Below are positions 10,224 through 20,730 of a stretch of DNA of 64,000 nucleotides, in pieces. Location: assembly GCA_964508365.1 (NCBI GenBank), contig CAZDTP010000001.1:32001-96000 (forward strand), written 5' to 3'. The notes under the pieces were generated by a model. That model was not told where the DNA came from. It did no database searches and saw only the letters and a list, made by a program, of their open reading frames with translations. Origin of the DNA: an uncultured archaeon (GTDB taxonomy: Archaea; Asgardarchaeota; Lokiarchaeia; Sigyniarchaeales; SOKP01). Positions within the stretch are counted from its first letter, which is position 1. Each line of letters begins with the position of its first letter. The position numbers and the translations under genes were made by a program.

Positions 10224-11675
10224 ATGACTGACGAGATCGAAAACGAAACGGAAAAAGCAGAAGATAAGTCTGAAAAGGAAATTGAAAAAGTAGACAAAGA
10301 ATTTCTATCAAAAGCTAAAAATTCCAGAGATCTCATTGATAAGAAACTTAGAACCTTTGAAGATAGCATTGAAGACATTTCTGATACTATAAAAAATGGT
10401 GATGTCGAACCGGAGAAAAAGGAGAAGAAACATGAGAAATTAAGCGAAGAAATTCGAGAGTCACAAGTAAAGTTAGAGTCGATTCAAGCTAAAATTGATG
10501 ATAAGGAGGATTACTTAACTGCGATTGAGGAGACCATTAAAGCGCTTGAAGAAAAATACAATAAAAAAAATGAAGATATGAAAAATTTAGAGGAACGTTT
10601 TGAAATAATTAATGAAAGTAAGGATACTCTAGAGGAAGAGTATAAGGAACTCTTAAAGAATAACGAGCAATTAGTAAATACATTTGAGACCAGACAGGTC
10701 GACTTAATTGTCCTTACAGACAGCGTTAAAGAGAAAGTTTCTAATCAAGAAGAATTTCGCGCTAAACTTACCAAATTAAATCAAGAAATTCAAGAGAAAG
10801 AGTCTTTACTTGAGAGGTTTGGAGAAACTGCGGAAGCTCTAGAGAAAAAAATCAAGAGTCTAACGGCTGAAAATGAGACTCTTAAAGTTTCAATTGTTAA
10901 AAATAAGTTTGAATTAGATCACACAAACAGCGAAATTGAAGCTAAAGAAGAAGAGAAAAAGCTTTTATCCGAGCAAATTGAGAAAAATGAAACTCGCATT
11001 AAAATAATAGAGAAAAACATAGAGGATTATAAAGATGGTTTTCCTGAAATGGAAAAACAAAGAGAAACGTACGAAGAACTAATTTCAAAATACAAAATTC
11101 AACTCTCTGAAAAACAAGAGCTATTAATTGAGGTTGAATCAAAAATTCAACACCAAAATGAAATAATAGCATCTACTGATGAGCAGATTTTAAGTAAAGA
11201 AAACCTAATAAAAGCTAATGAGACAAGATTAGAAGATCTTAAAAAAAATATTGAAGCTTCTAGTCTAGAGTACGTTGAAAGGGAGGAAAGAATAGATTCT
11301 CTCGACGAAAAATTAAAATTTATGAAGGAAGAGCATGAAAAACTTGCAAAATCTAAGGAAGTAATAGAACAAAGTACAAATGATGCTAAACAACTTCTTC
11401 AAAAGTTAAAACTAGAGCTCGATACTCAAGAGGAGGAAATTCGAGATAAAGAAAGTAGAATTCATCGTTTAGAGTTCCTTTCATTGGTTTATAGGTTGTC
11501 AAAATTTTTTGGTGGGATTCTAATTGGTGTAGGAATTATTATAATAATTTTAGTACTTCTTGGTCTTTCAGGAATATTAAATTTCACTGATATTGAAGTA
11601 TTGCTTTTTATCATACTTGTAATAGCGGGAGTCTTCTCTGTTGTTAGTGGAATCTTTCATTTGGAAAAATCATAA
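10224..11675 (+). CDS. Long coiled-coil protein with two C-terminal TM helices
   Basis: About 420 aa of E/K-rich heptad sequence, then two hydrophobic segments (FFGGILIGVGIIIIILVLLG; LLFIILVIAGVFSVVSGIF). Confidence 0.8.
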   Translation: MTDEIENETEKAEDKSEKEIEKVDKEFLSKAKNSRDLIDKKLRTFEDSIEDISDTIKNGDVEPEKKEKKHEKLSEEIRESQVKLESIQAKIDDKEDYLTAIEETIKALEEKYNKKNEDMKNLEERFEIINESKDTLEEEYKELLKNNEQLVNTFETRQVDLIVLTDSVKEKVSNQEEFRAKLTKLNQEIQEKESLLERFGETAEALEKKIKSLTAENETLKVSIVKNKFELDHTNSEIEAKEEEKKLLSEQIEKNETRIKIIEKNIEDYKDGFPEMEKQRETYEELISKYKIQLSEKQELLIEVESKIQHQNEIIASTDEQILSKENLIKANETRLEDLKKNIEASSLEYVEREERIDSLDEKLKFMKEEHEKLAKSKEVIEQSTNDAKQLLQKLKLELDTQEEEIRDKESRIHRLEFLSLVYRLSKFFGGILIGVGIIIIILVLLGLSGILNFTDIEVLLFIILVIAGVFSVVSGIFHLEKS

Positions 11676-11736
11676 TTGGATGTTTTATTAGTAATAAGAT
11701 CTATTAATTAAAAAATAATAAATTCCAAAAAGAAAA

Positions 11737-13608
11737 TTGAATGAAACCAAACCCAAGGAAGCTTTGCCTCAAAGAACGCTAAAATTATCCCAAGGGGTTC
11801 TATATGGTATAGGATGTGGAATTGGTGGTTCCATTTTCATATTGTTAGGATTGGGGATTGATATTGCTGGATCGGGTTTACTTTTAAGTTTCCTTTTAGG
11901 AGGGATACTGATTTTTTTTACGGGGTTAAATTATGCTGAAATCTCTACTAGTCTTCCAGTCGCAGGAGGTGTTTACAATTTTAGCAAAGAGGGTATTGGT
12001 GGATTCTTAGCTTTTATAATTGGTTTCTTTTTATGGATAGCTAATATCGCAACATGTTCATTTTCGGCACAAACATTTGCTTTTGTATTTAATGAAGTTT
12101 TTAATAAATTGAACCTTCCAATTTCGGATATAATAGTAAGTTTGATATCGATCTTGCCTATATTTTTAACAAGCATTATTATTTTTAGGAAACAAAAAAT
12201 TGCTACCAAAACTTTACTATTGCTAACCTTCATATTAATTGGCTTATTTGGGTTCTTTATAATTTCTGGATTAATAATCTCACCATTCACAAATCCTAAT
12301 TTTCTTCTTCCCCCAATTAAATTTGAGGGGATTATTCCAGGCTTTTTATTATTATTTATTTTGTTTACTTCGATAACTACAAATATAGCCTTATTAAATC
12401 CTGAGTTAAAAAACCCTTCAAAAACCATCCCTAAAACCAATATATATGCTATAATTATTACGGTAATTATATACATATCAATTACATTTGTTGTTTTATT
12501 AACCATTGGAGAAAATCCTGTCGATTTAAGCGGAACTCCCGTGTTATTAGCTGATGTGTTTGAAAGTGTGATTGGACCATTTGGTTTTTATATAATGGTT
12601 TTTGCTGCCATTATCTCGACGCTGATTGCTATTAATGCAGCGTTCGGTTCAGCTGTTAGTGTAATTACCGCTTTAGCAAGAGATCGATTTATACCCGAAA
12701 AAATACGAGAAATTAAAACAAAATCCGATTTACCAAGATTAGGTTTAATAATTACTGTAGTAATAGTCCTTCTATTCACGATATTCGCAGGCATCGGATT
12801 AACTGCTGAAATTACTAACTTTATCTACTTTTTCGCACTAGCTTTCGTAAATTACGCCGCTGTAAAATTAAGGCGTAAGAGAAAAGAGCTAGATCGACCG
12901 TTTAAGGCGCCCTTTTATCCATATTTACCATATTTTATTTTTGCATGCTTCCTAACTTTTGCAATTATACTGGGCATAATAATCTCTTTGGAAGCGTTGG
13001 TTTTAGGCTTAATCATCTTAGCTATTGGTTTTACTTACCAGTTGTTGGCGATAAGTGACAAACCGTCAATTAACTTAACATTAACAGGAATAAAATTTAT
13101 CTTTTCAATTATAACTGGCCTTTTTATATGGGTTATTAACAATTTTTCGGTTGTTTTTCCAGAGTTAATATTTATTAATAGAATATTAATATTTGTGTTT
13201 GTGTTCGTAATTATTACTATATTTTTTGATTTATTGCCTTTAAGAGAATTGGCTTATTATTATGTTAAATTTGTAGATAAGGAAAAAGTCGCAATTAATA
13301 TAGGCAGTGCTCAGATTATTGATTTGGGTAAAAAAAGATCTAAAATAATTCATTACATAAATTTATTGATAGCTCTTTTACAAATTAGTGCTGGTGGCGT
13401 GATACTAATAATCGTTTTTCTGTTATTAAATCAAAGCGTTGCTGTCCAAGACATTATTATCAATTTAGGACCTAGTATTTCCTATATTCCTAGTTTGGCG
13501 GGATCAACGCTTTTTACTTCAATCTTATTTATTTTTGGATTAACTCTTGTCATATGTGGCATGCTGTTATGGTTCCGGAATAAAGAAATAAAATTGCTTG
13601 GAATTTAA
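11737..13608 (+). CDS. APC-superfamily amino acid permease with extra C-terminal TM region
   Basis: GCGIGGSIF (TM1), AEISTSLPVAGGVY and RPFKAPFYP motifs. Confidence 0.88.
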   Translation: MNETKPKEALPQRTLKLSQGVLYGIGCGIGGSIFILLGLGIDIAGSGLLLSFLLGGILIFFTGLNYAEISTSLPVAGGVYNFSKEGIGGFLAFIIGFFLWIANIATCSFSAQTFAFVFNEVFNKLNLPISDIIVSLISILPIFLTSIIIFRKQKIATKTLLLLTFILIGLFGFFIISGLIISPFTNPNFLLPPIKFEGIIPGFLLLFILFTSITTNIALLNPELKNPSKTIPKTNIYAIIITVIIYISITFVVLLTIGENPVDLSGTPVLLADVFESVIGPFGFYIMVFAAIISTLIAINAAFGSAVSVITALARDRFIPEKIREIKTKSDLPRLGLIITVVIVLLFTIFAGIGLTAEITNFIYFFALAFVNYAAVKLRRKRKELDRPFKAPFYPYLPYFIFACFLTFAIILGIIISLEALVLGLIILAIGFTYQLLAISDKPSINLTLTGIKFIFSIITGLFIWVINNFSVVFPELIFINRILIFVFVFVIITIFFDLLPLRELAYYYVKFVDKEKVAINIGSAQIIDLGKKRSKIIHYINLLIALLQISAGGVILIIVFLLLNQSVAVQDIIINLGPSISYIPSLAGSTLFTSILFIFGLTLVICGMLLWFRNKEIKLLGI

Positions 13609-13659
13609 TCCGCTGAGAATTATAATTTTTATATAACGGTCTGATATTGTTTTAAGAAA

Positions 13660-14394
13660 ATGGAATTACCCAAGATAAATCTACATATTCATTCTATATA
13701 CTCTGATGGAAAAAATAACATATCTCAAATAGTTACATCTGCCCTTGATAAGGGTTTAGATTATATATGTATCACGGATCACTTTACTAATTCTTGGAAA
13801 GCTGATATAATTCCTAATCTTAACAGTCTCGATAAAATTGAAATGTATTTAGAGGAAATTTCTCAATTTCAAGAATATCTTCTTGAAGAAGAAAGGCAAA
13901 TGGCTCTTTTTAAGGGAATAGAAATTGACTTAAGTAGTACAGAGAAGTTCATTATCAATAATATCTTACCTAATCGATTTGATTTAATTTTATTTGAATA
14001 TTTAGAAAACATTGAAGGCATATCGTTTATTAAGAAAATCATTAATTATTGGAAAAGTAAAACTAAAAACTCTAAGAATTTTCCTTTAATAGGTCTTGCG
14101 CATTTTGATCCTTCGTTTTTCGCCATTAGTGGTATGAATATTCTTATTGATTTTTTAACACAGAACCAAATCTTTTTTGAATTTAATACAAGCTATCCAC
14201 AATTTTATTCTCAAAAAAATCGCTCTTTTTTTGAACTCTTGAAAGAAAGAAATATCTTAGTTTCAATTGGGTGTGATTCTCATCATATATCAACTTTAAA
14301 AAACATAGAAGAAGCTTACGATAGGATAAAATTTTACCAGTTAGAAGATAACCTCGTAAATTTTATTCAAATTCTAGACAAAAAGAGGATATAA
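13660..14394 (+). CDS. PHP-domain phosphoesterase
   Basis: NLHIHSIYSDG, ITDH, GIEID and GCDSHH motifs. Confidence 0.88.
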   Translation: MELPKINLHIHSIYSDGKNNISQIVTSALDKGLDYICITDHFTNSWKADIIPNLNSLDKIEMYLEEISQFQEYLLEEERQMALFKGIEIDLSSTEKFIINNILPNRFDLILFEYLENIEGISFIKKIINYWKSKTKNSKNFPLIGLAHFDPSFFAISGMNILIDFLTQNQIFFEFNTSYPQFYSQKNRSFFELLKERNILVSIGCDSHHISTLKNIEEAYDRIKFYQLEDNLVNFIQILDKKRI

Positions 14395-14413
14395 GTAAAA
14401 TTAAATTGAGTTA

Positions 14414-14806
14414 TTATCTCCGCATTCTATGAAGGTGTTGGAGATAATACTTAAATGCCCTTTCAAAGGCAATATCAAGAAGCAATTCACTTTGCTCTTT
14501 TGGAAATGATAGCATTTCTTTTAATCGAACTTTTCCTATGTTGAATATATCTTTAAATGTAGCTAACTTTTCTGTCATTTCCATATTTTCAATTTCTGAA
14601 ATCGGTTTGTTTTTTATTTTCTGCCAATCACTTAATGCATGCCATGTTATACAGCGCATTGCTAACTCGGGAATTTCTATTTGTTCGCAAACAAGGCTCG
14701 AGATCATTTTAATTAGCTTTTGGAGCTCTGGTTTAAAATTAACTTTTGCATAATCAATTTGTCTTGAGGAAATTTCTTCCTTATCAAAATTTAACATATA
14801 TGTCAA
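14414..14806 (-). CDS. Hypothetical helical protein
   Basis: 130-aa ORF filling the gap, with genome-like composition. No motif recognised. Confidence 0.6.
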   Translation of the reverse strand: MTYMLNFDKEEISSRQIDYAKVNFKPELQKLIKMISSLVCEQIEIPELAMRCITWHALSDWQKIKNKPISEIENMEMTEKLATFKDIFNIGKVRLKEMLSFPKEQSELLLDIAFERAFKYYLQHLHRMRR

Positions 14807-15023
14807 GATTTATATTACCTAAATTAAGCTAGTAATACTTCAACCTAAATGAATATAAAGTTCTACAAAAAATATTCTATACCTAAAAAAGAATTAGAAT
14901 TTACCTTTATAAAGAAACTGTTAATTTTAGATATTTCTGTCAAAATTATATCTAAACAGGGCAAACATGATAACAAAAACCAAATAAAATATATTTTTAT
15001 TTTTAAAAATGCTTCATATTTAT

Positions 15024-15779
15024 ATGGAATTAGATGAAAAAATAGAGTTAGCATCTAAGTGGATTTATGAATCTAACAATCTTGTTATATTCACTGGTGC
15101 TGGAATTTCTACTGAAAGTGGGTTACCCGATTTTAGAGGCCCAGATGGAGTTTGGACTCGGCGCGACAAAGGGCTAAGTCCACCAAAGTCCCTACCATGG
15201 GACCAAGTTAAACCAAATAAAGGACATTACGCTATAGCAGACCTATTAAATTTGGGTAAATTGAGTTATTTGATATCTCAAAATGTAGATGGACTTCACG
15301 CTAAATCTGGAATCCCCTTTGAAAAGTTGGCAGAACTTCATGGAAATCATTATTTTATGAAATGTTTGGAGTGTGGAAAAAAATTGACATTTGAAGAGGC
15401 AGGATGGGATAAAAAAAAGTGGGGTCAAGGATATAGAACAAATCAGGTCCAGAATAATCAACCTGAATGTCCAAATTGTAGTGGAAGGCTTATTTCAAGT
15501 ATTGTCAATTTTGGTGATCCATTACCAATGGACGAACTTGAAGAATCTATGAGAAAGTCTCAAAGTGCCGATGTTTTCTTTGTAATCGGCTCTTCTTTAG
15601 TTGTAACCCCTGCCGCAAATATGCCTGGAATTGCTTGGAGAAATGGTGCCAAATTAATTATTCTTAACAAGGGTGAAACTCCGTATGATAGTGAAGCTGA
15701 TTTAAGGTTCTTTGATCAAATTGGAGATATTCTTCCCAAAATTGTTATGAGAGTAAAAAAAATGATGGAAACTAATTAA
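15024..15779 (+). CDS. cobB: Sir2/CobB-family NAD-dependent protein deacylase
   Basis: FTGAGISTESGLPDFRG, SQNVDGLH, ELHGN, CxxC/CxxC Zn site, IGSSLVV. Start moved from 15009 to MELDEK. Confidence 0.92.
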   Translation: MELDEKIELASKWIYESNNLVIFTGAGISTESGLPDFRGPDGVWTRRDKGLSPPKSLPWDQVKPNKGHYAIADLLNLGKLSYLISQNVDGLHAKSGIPFEKLAELHGNHYFMKCLECGKKLTFEEAGWDKKKWGQGYRTNQVQNNQPECPNCSGRLISSIVNFGDPLPMDELEESMRKSQSADVFFVIGSSLVVTPAANMPGIAWRNGAKLIILNKGETPYDSEADLRFFDQIGDILPKIVMRVKKMMETN

Positions 15780-15811
15780 AATATTAGTATCATTAAAAAT
15801 AGGTGAAAATT

Positions 15812-17722
15812 ATGTCAAAAGAAATGATAAACATTAAGCTTTCTAATTTAGAGAAATATAAACAGAAGCATGTTAGTGCAGAGCAAGCAATTAAAAAATA
15901 TATTGAACCGGGAGATCGGGTTTTTATCGATTCTGGATGTTCTGAACCTATAGATCTTATATCAAAACTTATTGAACTCGGTCCTCAGCTTTCTGATGTA
16001 GAGATGATTCATTTTATAAGTCTGTCCGATCTCGATTATTATAAATCTGTGGGAGGTAATGAAGATTTATTTAGGCATAATGTTTTTTTTATCAGTGAAA
16101 ATCTTCGAGAATCTGTCAGAAGGGGATTCGCAGATTACACCCCAATGCTACTTTCAGACATTCCAAAATTCTTTGAAAAGGGCCAAATGCATTTAAAAAC
16201 TGCTCTTATTCAAATAAGCCCTCCTGATGAATTTGGATTTTGTAGTTATGGTATTAATGTAGATATTGCAAAACCTATAGCCGAGGTAGCTGAATTTGTG
16301 ATAGCTGAAATTAATCCTAAGATGCCACGTACACTCGGAGATTCTTTCATTCATATGAACGATATAGACGCCTATATTTTATCAGATCATGATATCATTG
16401 AGTTTAAGTATGAACCCCCAGATGAATCCACTAAAAAGATAGCAAAATATGTCGCATCCCTTATTGAAGATGAATCCACTATTCAAATGGGAATTGGGAA
16501 CATTCCTAATGCAATATCAACCGAATTAGAAGATAAGAAAGATTTAGGAGTGCATAGTGAAGTTTTCTCGGATGGAATTGTCGATCTCGTCGAAAAAGGG
16601 GTAATTACATGTAAAAAAAAGACACTTCATAAAGGAAAAATAGTGTGTTCCTTTGTTATGGGCTCCCGGCGGCTTTATGATTTTGTAGATAACAATCCCT
16701 TTGTAGAGTTTCATCCTAGTAATTATTGCAACGATCCTTTCATTATTAGCCGAAATAAAAAGCAAGTGGCCATAAATGCGGCAATTACAATAGATTTAAC
16801 GGGACAGATTAATGCAGATTCGCTTGGACCCTTGTTTTATAGTGGTATAGGTGGTCAAGTAGATTTTGTCAGAGGTGCCAATCGCTCTGAAGATGGAAAA
16901 CCAATAACAGTCCTTCCTAGCACTGCAATTTTAAAGGATGGAACGGTAGTATCGAGAATTGTTCCATATCTTCAATCAGGTTCTGGAGTGGTTATTACTC
17001 GGGGAGATATTCAATATGTTGTTACCGAATGGGGGGTAGCCTATCTATTTGGTAAGAGTATCAGGGAACGAGTTTTACAAATGATAAATATCGCCCACCC
17101 GGACTTTAGAGAAGAACTTTTAGAATACGCTAAAAAGGTAAAATATGTCTATGCAGATCAAAAACTACCTATTTCCATAAATGGTCGGGTGAGCTTATAT
17201 CCGGATAAATATGCAACAGCTTTTCAGATGAAAGATGGAAAAATTATCAAAATTCGTCCTATAAAACCAACAGATGAGAGAATGCTCCAAGAACTTTATT
17301 ATTCTTTAAGTGATAATGATAGATATTTGAGATTTTTCTCACGGGATCGAAAATTTCCTCACAAATTTGTACAACCTTTAGCAAATATAGATTATACTAC
17401 TGACATGATTTTAGTTGGTGAATATTTTGAAGAAGGAGAACAAAAAATCGTGGCATCAGCTGCATTTTTTAAAACCCACCAACCCTCAACAGTTGAATTA
17501 GGAATAGTTGTGAAGAAAGATTTTCGCAGAACTGGAATTGCTAAATTTTTATTGAATTATTTAGTTATAATTGCAAGAGAATTAAATTATAAGTTTTTTA
17601 CGGGTTCTATCCTCCTTGAAAACAAGCCAATGCTTCATTTTCTTAATAACAGTGGATACCCATTTAAATCAAAAAGTGTGGAATATGGAGAAGTTCTATT
17701 TACTCTTGATATTTCAAAATGA
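15812..17722 (+). CDS. Acetyl-CoA hydrolase/CoA-transferase fused to a C-terminal GNAT domain
   Basis: IQMGIG, VHSEVFSDG (catalytic Glu), SGIGGQVDF and VVTEWG, then a GNAT fold (IRPIKPTD..FRRTGIAKFLL). AGGTGA SD before ATG 15812. Confidence 0.88.
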   Translation: MSKEMINIKLSNLEKYKQKHVSAEQAIKKYIEPGDRVFIDSGCSEPIDLISKLIELGPQLSDVEMIHFISLSDLDYYKSVGGNEDLFRHNVFFISENLRESVRRGFADYTPMLLSDIPKFFEKGQMHLKTALIQISPPDEFGFCSYGINVDIAKPIAEVAEFVIAEINPKMPRTLGDSFIHMNDIDAYILSDHDIIEFKYEPPDESTKKIAKYVASLIEDESTIQMGIGNIPNAISTELEDKKDLGVHSEVFSDGIVDLVEKGVITCKKKTLHKGKIVCSFVMGSRRLYDFVDNNPFVEFHPSNYCNDPFIISRNKKQVAINAAITIDLTGQINADSLGPLFYSGIGGQVDFVRGANRSEDGKPITVLPSTAILKDGTVVSRIVPYLQSGSGVVITRGDIQYVVTEWGVAYLFGKSIRERVLQMINIAHPDFREELLEYAKKVKYVYADQKLPISINGRVSLYPDKYATAFQMKDGKIIKIRPIKPTDERMLQELYYSLSDNDRYLRFFSRDRKFPHKFVQPLANIDYTTDMILVGEYFEEGEQKIVASAAFFKTHQPSTVELGIVVKKDFRRTGIAKFLLNYLVIIARELNYKFFTGSILLENKPMLHFLNNSGYPFKSKSVEYGEVLFTLDISK

Positions 17723-17927
17723 TCTATAATTCAGATAATAATTATGATAGACTCGGTTAAAATTGATACTGAAAAAATAAAACACTTCATATTTAGCACA
17801 GGCAGATTACCTGAAAGAAGTTTTTAAAAGAAAACTTAAATATAGAGATGACATAATTAAGCATTAGAAAAAAATCACCCAAGAATCAAATTGATAAAAA
17901 AATAATAAAAATAAGAGAAAACAAAAA

Positions 17928-18311
17928 ATGAAAGATATAGCTGTTATTTTGGAAAATCGTCCCGGTGCACTAGCTGATATGGGGGAAATTCTAGGCAAAA
18001 ACGGTATAAATATGGAAGGTTTATGTGGAATTCCGTTAAAAGATAAGGCAATTATACATATATTAGTTGAAGAAGAAACTGTTGCACGCTCTATACTTGA
18101 AGAAGCAGGATTTGAGATTAGTGGTGTTCGTGAAGTTATCGTTCAAGACATTGGTCATATAGCGGGAAAGCCAGGGACAGGAGGGAAAATGGCTCGCAAG
18201 ATAGGTAATTTAGGTGTGAATATTGACTTGATCTATTTTGCTGAGAATAATAAAATAGTTATCGGAGTTGACAACATCGAAAGAGCTAACACAGCACTTG
18301 CAAAACAATAA
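17928..18311 (+). CDS. Tandem ACT-domain protein
   Basis: VILENRPGALA and GKPGTGG..GVNI ACT-type motifs. Confidence 0.8.
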   Translation: MKDIAVILENRPGALADMGEILGKNGINMEGLCGIPLKDKAIIHILVEEETVARSILEEAGFEISGVREVIVQDIGHIAGKPGTGGKMARKIGNLGVNIDLIYFAENNKIVIGVDNIERANTALAKQ

Positions 18312-18370
18312 AGAAGTTAGATGAGATTATGTCTAAATCTTTTGTTTAAATATGACAAATAATTAGATAT

Positions 18371-20032
18371 CTATTTTATAATTCCATAGATATGTTTATC
18401 TCTGTCGTGTTCTTTAAGAAGTTTCCGGCCTTCCTTATTTGAGAGAGAAAGCGTTATATTGCTTGATCGACTCAATGATCCTGTAAAAACTTCCTGATCA
18501 TCTGCAAACACAATAATATTACTACTAGCGTATACTGGATCTGCATTTATTATTATCTTTTGCTTACTAACTTTGATATCTAGCTCAATTTTTATATCTT
18601 TTTTTTTTTTACTCAAAAACTCTTTTTTAAAGTGCTCCTCACGCATAAAAGAGTCCTTAGGTTCTATAGGGTTAATTGGATTAATGACTATATCTTGACC
18701 AAAAGAATAAATCTCATATGAAAGACGAGTCGTTCTAAAATCTCTAACTTCAACAACGGGTCGTGCCAAATCTTTGTCTCTAAATCCATGAGGCACTTTA
18801 ACTGTCATTTTTATAATCAAAACAGTAGAGATATCCCCTCCTTCAATAAATACGATTGTATCAATAATTGATGGAAGCATACCAAGCTCTATGCGACCAA
18901 TAAAACGCTGTATTGCGTCAATAGCCGATGAAGAATGAACTACTCCGACCATACCAACTCCAGATAAACGAAAATCAGCGTAGATCTGAAAATCTTTTGT
19001 AGTGCGTACTTCGTCAAAAATTGTGAAATCTGGTCGAACGAGGAGTAAAATATCAGCTGAATTTTCAAGACTTCCCTCCAATTTGGTATATTGCGTAATT
19101 TCGGGTTTAACTTGTAAATCTCGGACGCTTTCTAGTGTTTTCACAACTTTTCCTTGTTCTAAATAATAATTTGCTAAAGCTGCTGAGAAAGTACTCTTAC
19201 CTGCACCAGGAGCGCCAGCTACTAAAATACCTTCTGCTTTTTGTAATCTATTATTTAATTTTGCATCAATCGAATAGTCCTTCAATGAAAGCGTAACAAG
19301 TGGATGTACAGCAGTTATTTCAACATCATTTGAAAAAGGAGGTCTAGTTATTACTATTCTAAATTCTCTCAACTGGGCAACTAAAGCACCATTTTTCTCA
19401 ATTTCAACAAACGAGTGATCGTCTTCCCTAACCATCTCTATTATTTCGATTGCTATTTCTTCAACATCTTTGGCAGATAATGGATTATCGCCAATTTTCT
19501 CTAAATACCAGCTTCCTGGGCTACCTTTTTTGGCATAAGGAGGTAATCCTTGCTTTAAATGCACACTCATTGTGGTTTCATCAAAATATTTTAACAATTT
19601 AAGAGAAGAAAGGTCAAATTCTTTTGGAAAGGCTTTTTCCTTTACATACATTATTTGTATTCCTTCAAAAATTCCTACATCTCCTTGAATTCTATCAGCT
19701 GTAATTAAAGTTGCGCCATATTCTAAAGCAGATTTTCTAATAAGCGCATCAAGTTCTCCTCCAGGACTCATTTTAATTTCTTCTCTTGTAGGTCTTTTGC
19801 CCACAATATTAAGCGTAATTTTCTCTTCTTGATGCAATTTTCGTAATTCTTTTAATACATTTAAACCATATGCCCCTATTTCTTTTTGAACATTTGTGCG
19901 AAATTCCACTTCCGCTATGACGACTTCTGAAATGAAAACTTCTGGTTTTTCCCCCAATTCTCCATCTGTAATTAAATTTAAGACGAGACCATTAAATATA
20001 ACAGAAGTATCACACGCGTATTTGTTTGACAT
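18371..20032 (-). CDS. PINc/VapC-family ATPase (PINA, MJ1533-like)
   Basis: N-terminal PIN domain (CDTSVI, VIAEVE, TADR), Walker A GAPGAGKS, DEVR, GMVGVVH, RIELGM. Confidence 0.9.
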   Translation of the reverse strand: MSNKYACDTSVIFNGLVLNLITDGELGEKPEVFISEVVIAEVEFRTNVQKEIGAYGLNVLKELRKLHQEEKITLNIVGKRPTREEIKMSPGGELDALIRKSALEYGATLITADRIQGDVGIFEGIQIMYVKEKAFPKEFDLSSLKLLKYFDETTMSVHLKQGLPPYAKKGSPGSWYLEKIGDNPLSAKDVEEIAIEIIEMVREDDHSFVEIEKNGALVAQLREFRIVITRPPFSNDVEITAVHPLVTLSLKDYSIDAKLNNRLQKAEGILVAGAPGAGKSTFSAALANYYLEQGKVVKTLESVRDLQVKPEITQYTKLEGSLENSADILLLVRPDFTIFDEVRTTKDFQIYADFRLSGVGMVGVVHSSSAIDAIQRFIGRIELGMLPSIIDTIVFIEGGDISTVLIIKMTVKVPHGFRDKDLARPVVEVRDFRTTRLSYEIYSFGQDIVINPINPIEPKDSFMREEHFKKEFLSKKKKDIKIELDIKVSKQKIIINADPVYASSNIIVFADDQEVFTGSLSRSSNITLSLSNKEGRKLLKEHDRDKHIYGIIK

Positions 20033-20033
20033 T

Positions 20034-20639
20034 TCAGTCTTCGTTTTTCTCTACTTTATTAATAATTTCAAATTTATTCACGCTATAATATATTGGCTTA
20101 CTTAGCCTATCGACGGTAGCTACAATAAGATCCTTTCGAGAGCTCATAGCCACGCGAGACATTTTATCCAATTCCCTTAAATCTATAGGATAACCCTCAA
20201 ATACGGGATATATCAAGAATTTAGCGGAATCTTTTTCAAAATCAGCCCCACGTTTATACACCAAAAAATCTATCCCTTCTCCATATCCATTTCTTACGAT
20301 ATATCCTCTTTTTCGCAAATCCATATAAATAATGTACTTTCGCCATAAATTATCATCATATTCCGTGAAATATGTTAGTAAACCCTCAAAATCGTATAGA
20401 TCATTATTCTTATCATTATTTTTGTACAATAAAATCCGATTTCGTTCACATAATAACAGAACTTCTAAAGGCCCTAAAACTAAAATTTCTCCACCCTCGC
20501 TATTCTTTTCAAGCGTGCCAATATATGAATTTCTATAAAACTCTTCAATACAATCTTTGTCAGTAATAATAACTTTTCCTTGGTTAATTACTCCCTCGAA
20601 CTGTACTTTTTCGACCTTTTCATTTGGAGTTTCATTCAT
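20034..20639 (-). CDS. endA: tRNA-splicing endonuclease subunit, probably the non-catalytic (structural) type
   Basis: YMDLRKRGYIV..DFLVYKRG..RVAMSSRKDLIVATVD..YY fold signature. KYG-Tyr position reads GEG; EH-His position reads DS. Confidence 0.85.
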   Translation of the reverse strand: MNETPNEKVEKVQFEGVINQGKVIITDKDCIEEFYRNSYIGTLEKNSEGGEILVLGPLEVLLLCERNRILLYKNNDKNNDLYDFEGLLTYFTEYDDNLWRKYIIYMDLRKRGYIVRNGYGEGIDFLVYKRGADFEKDSAKFLIYPVFEGYPIDLRELDKMSRVAMSSRKDLIVATVDRLSKPIYYSVNKFEIINKVEKNED

Positions 20640-20730
20640 ATTCTATTATAACCTAGCAGTTAATAATTAATGAATTTAACGCATTAAATGAAATAAACTT
20701 CAATTATTGATGTAAGATTTATTGAATAAA

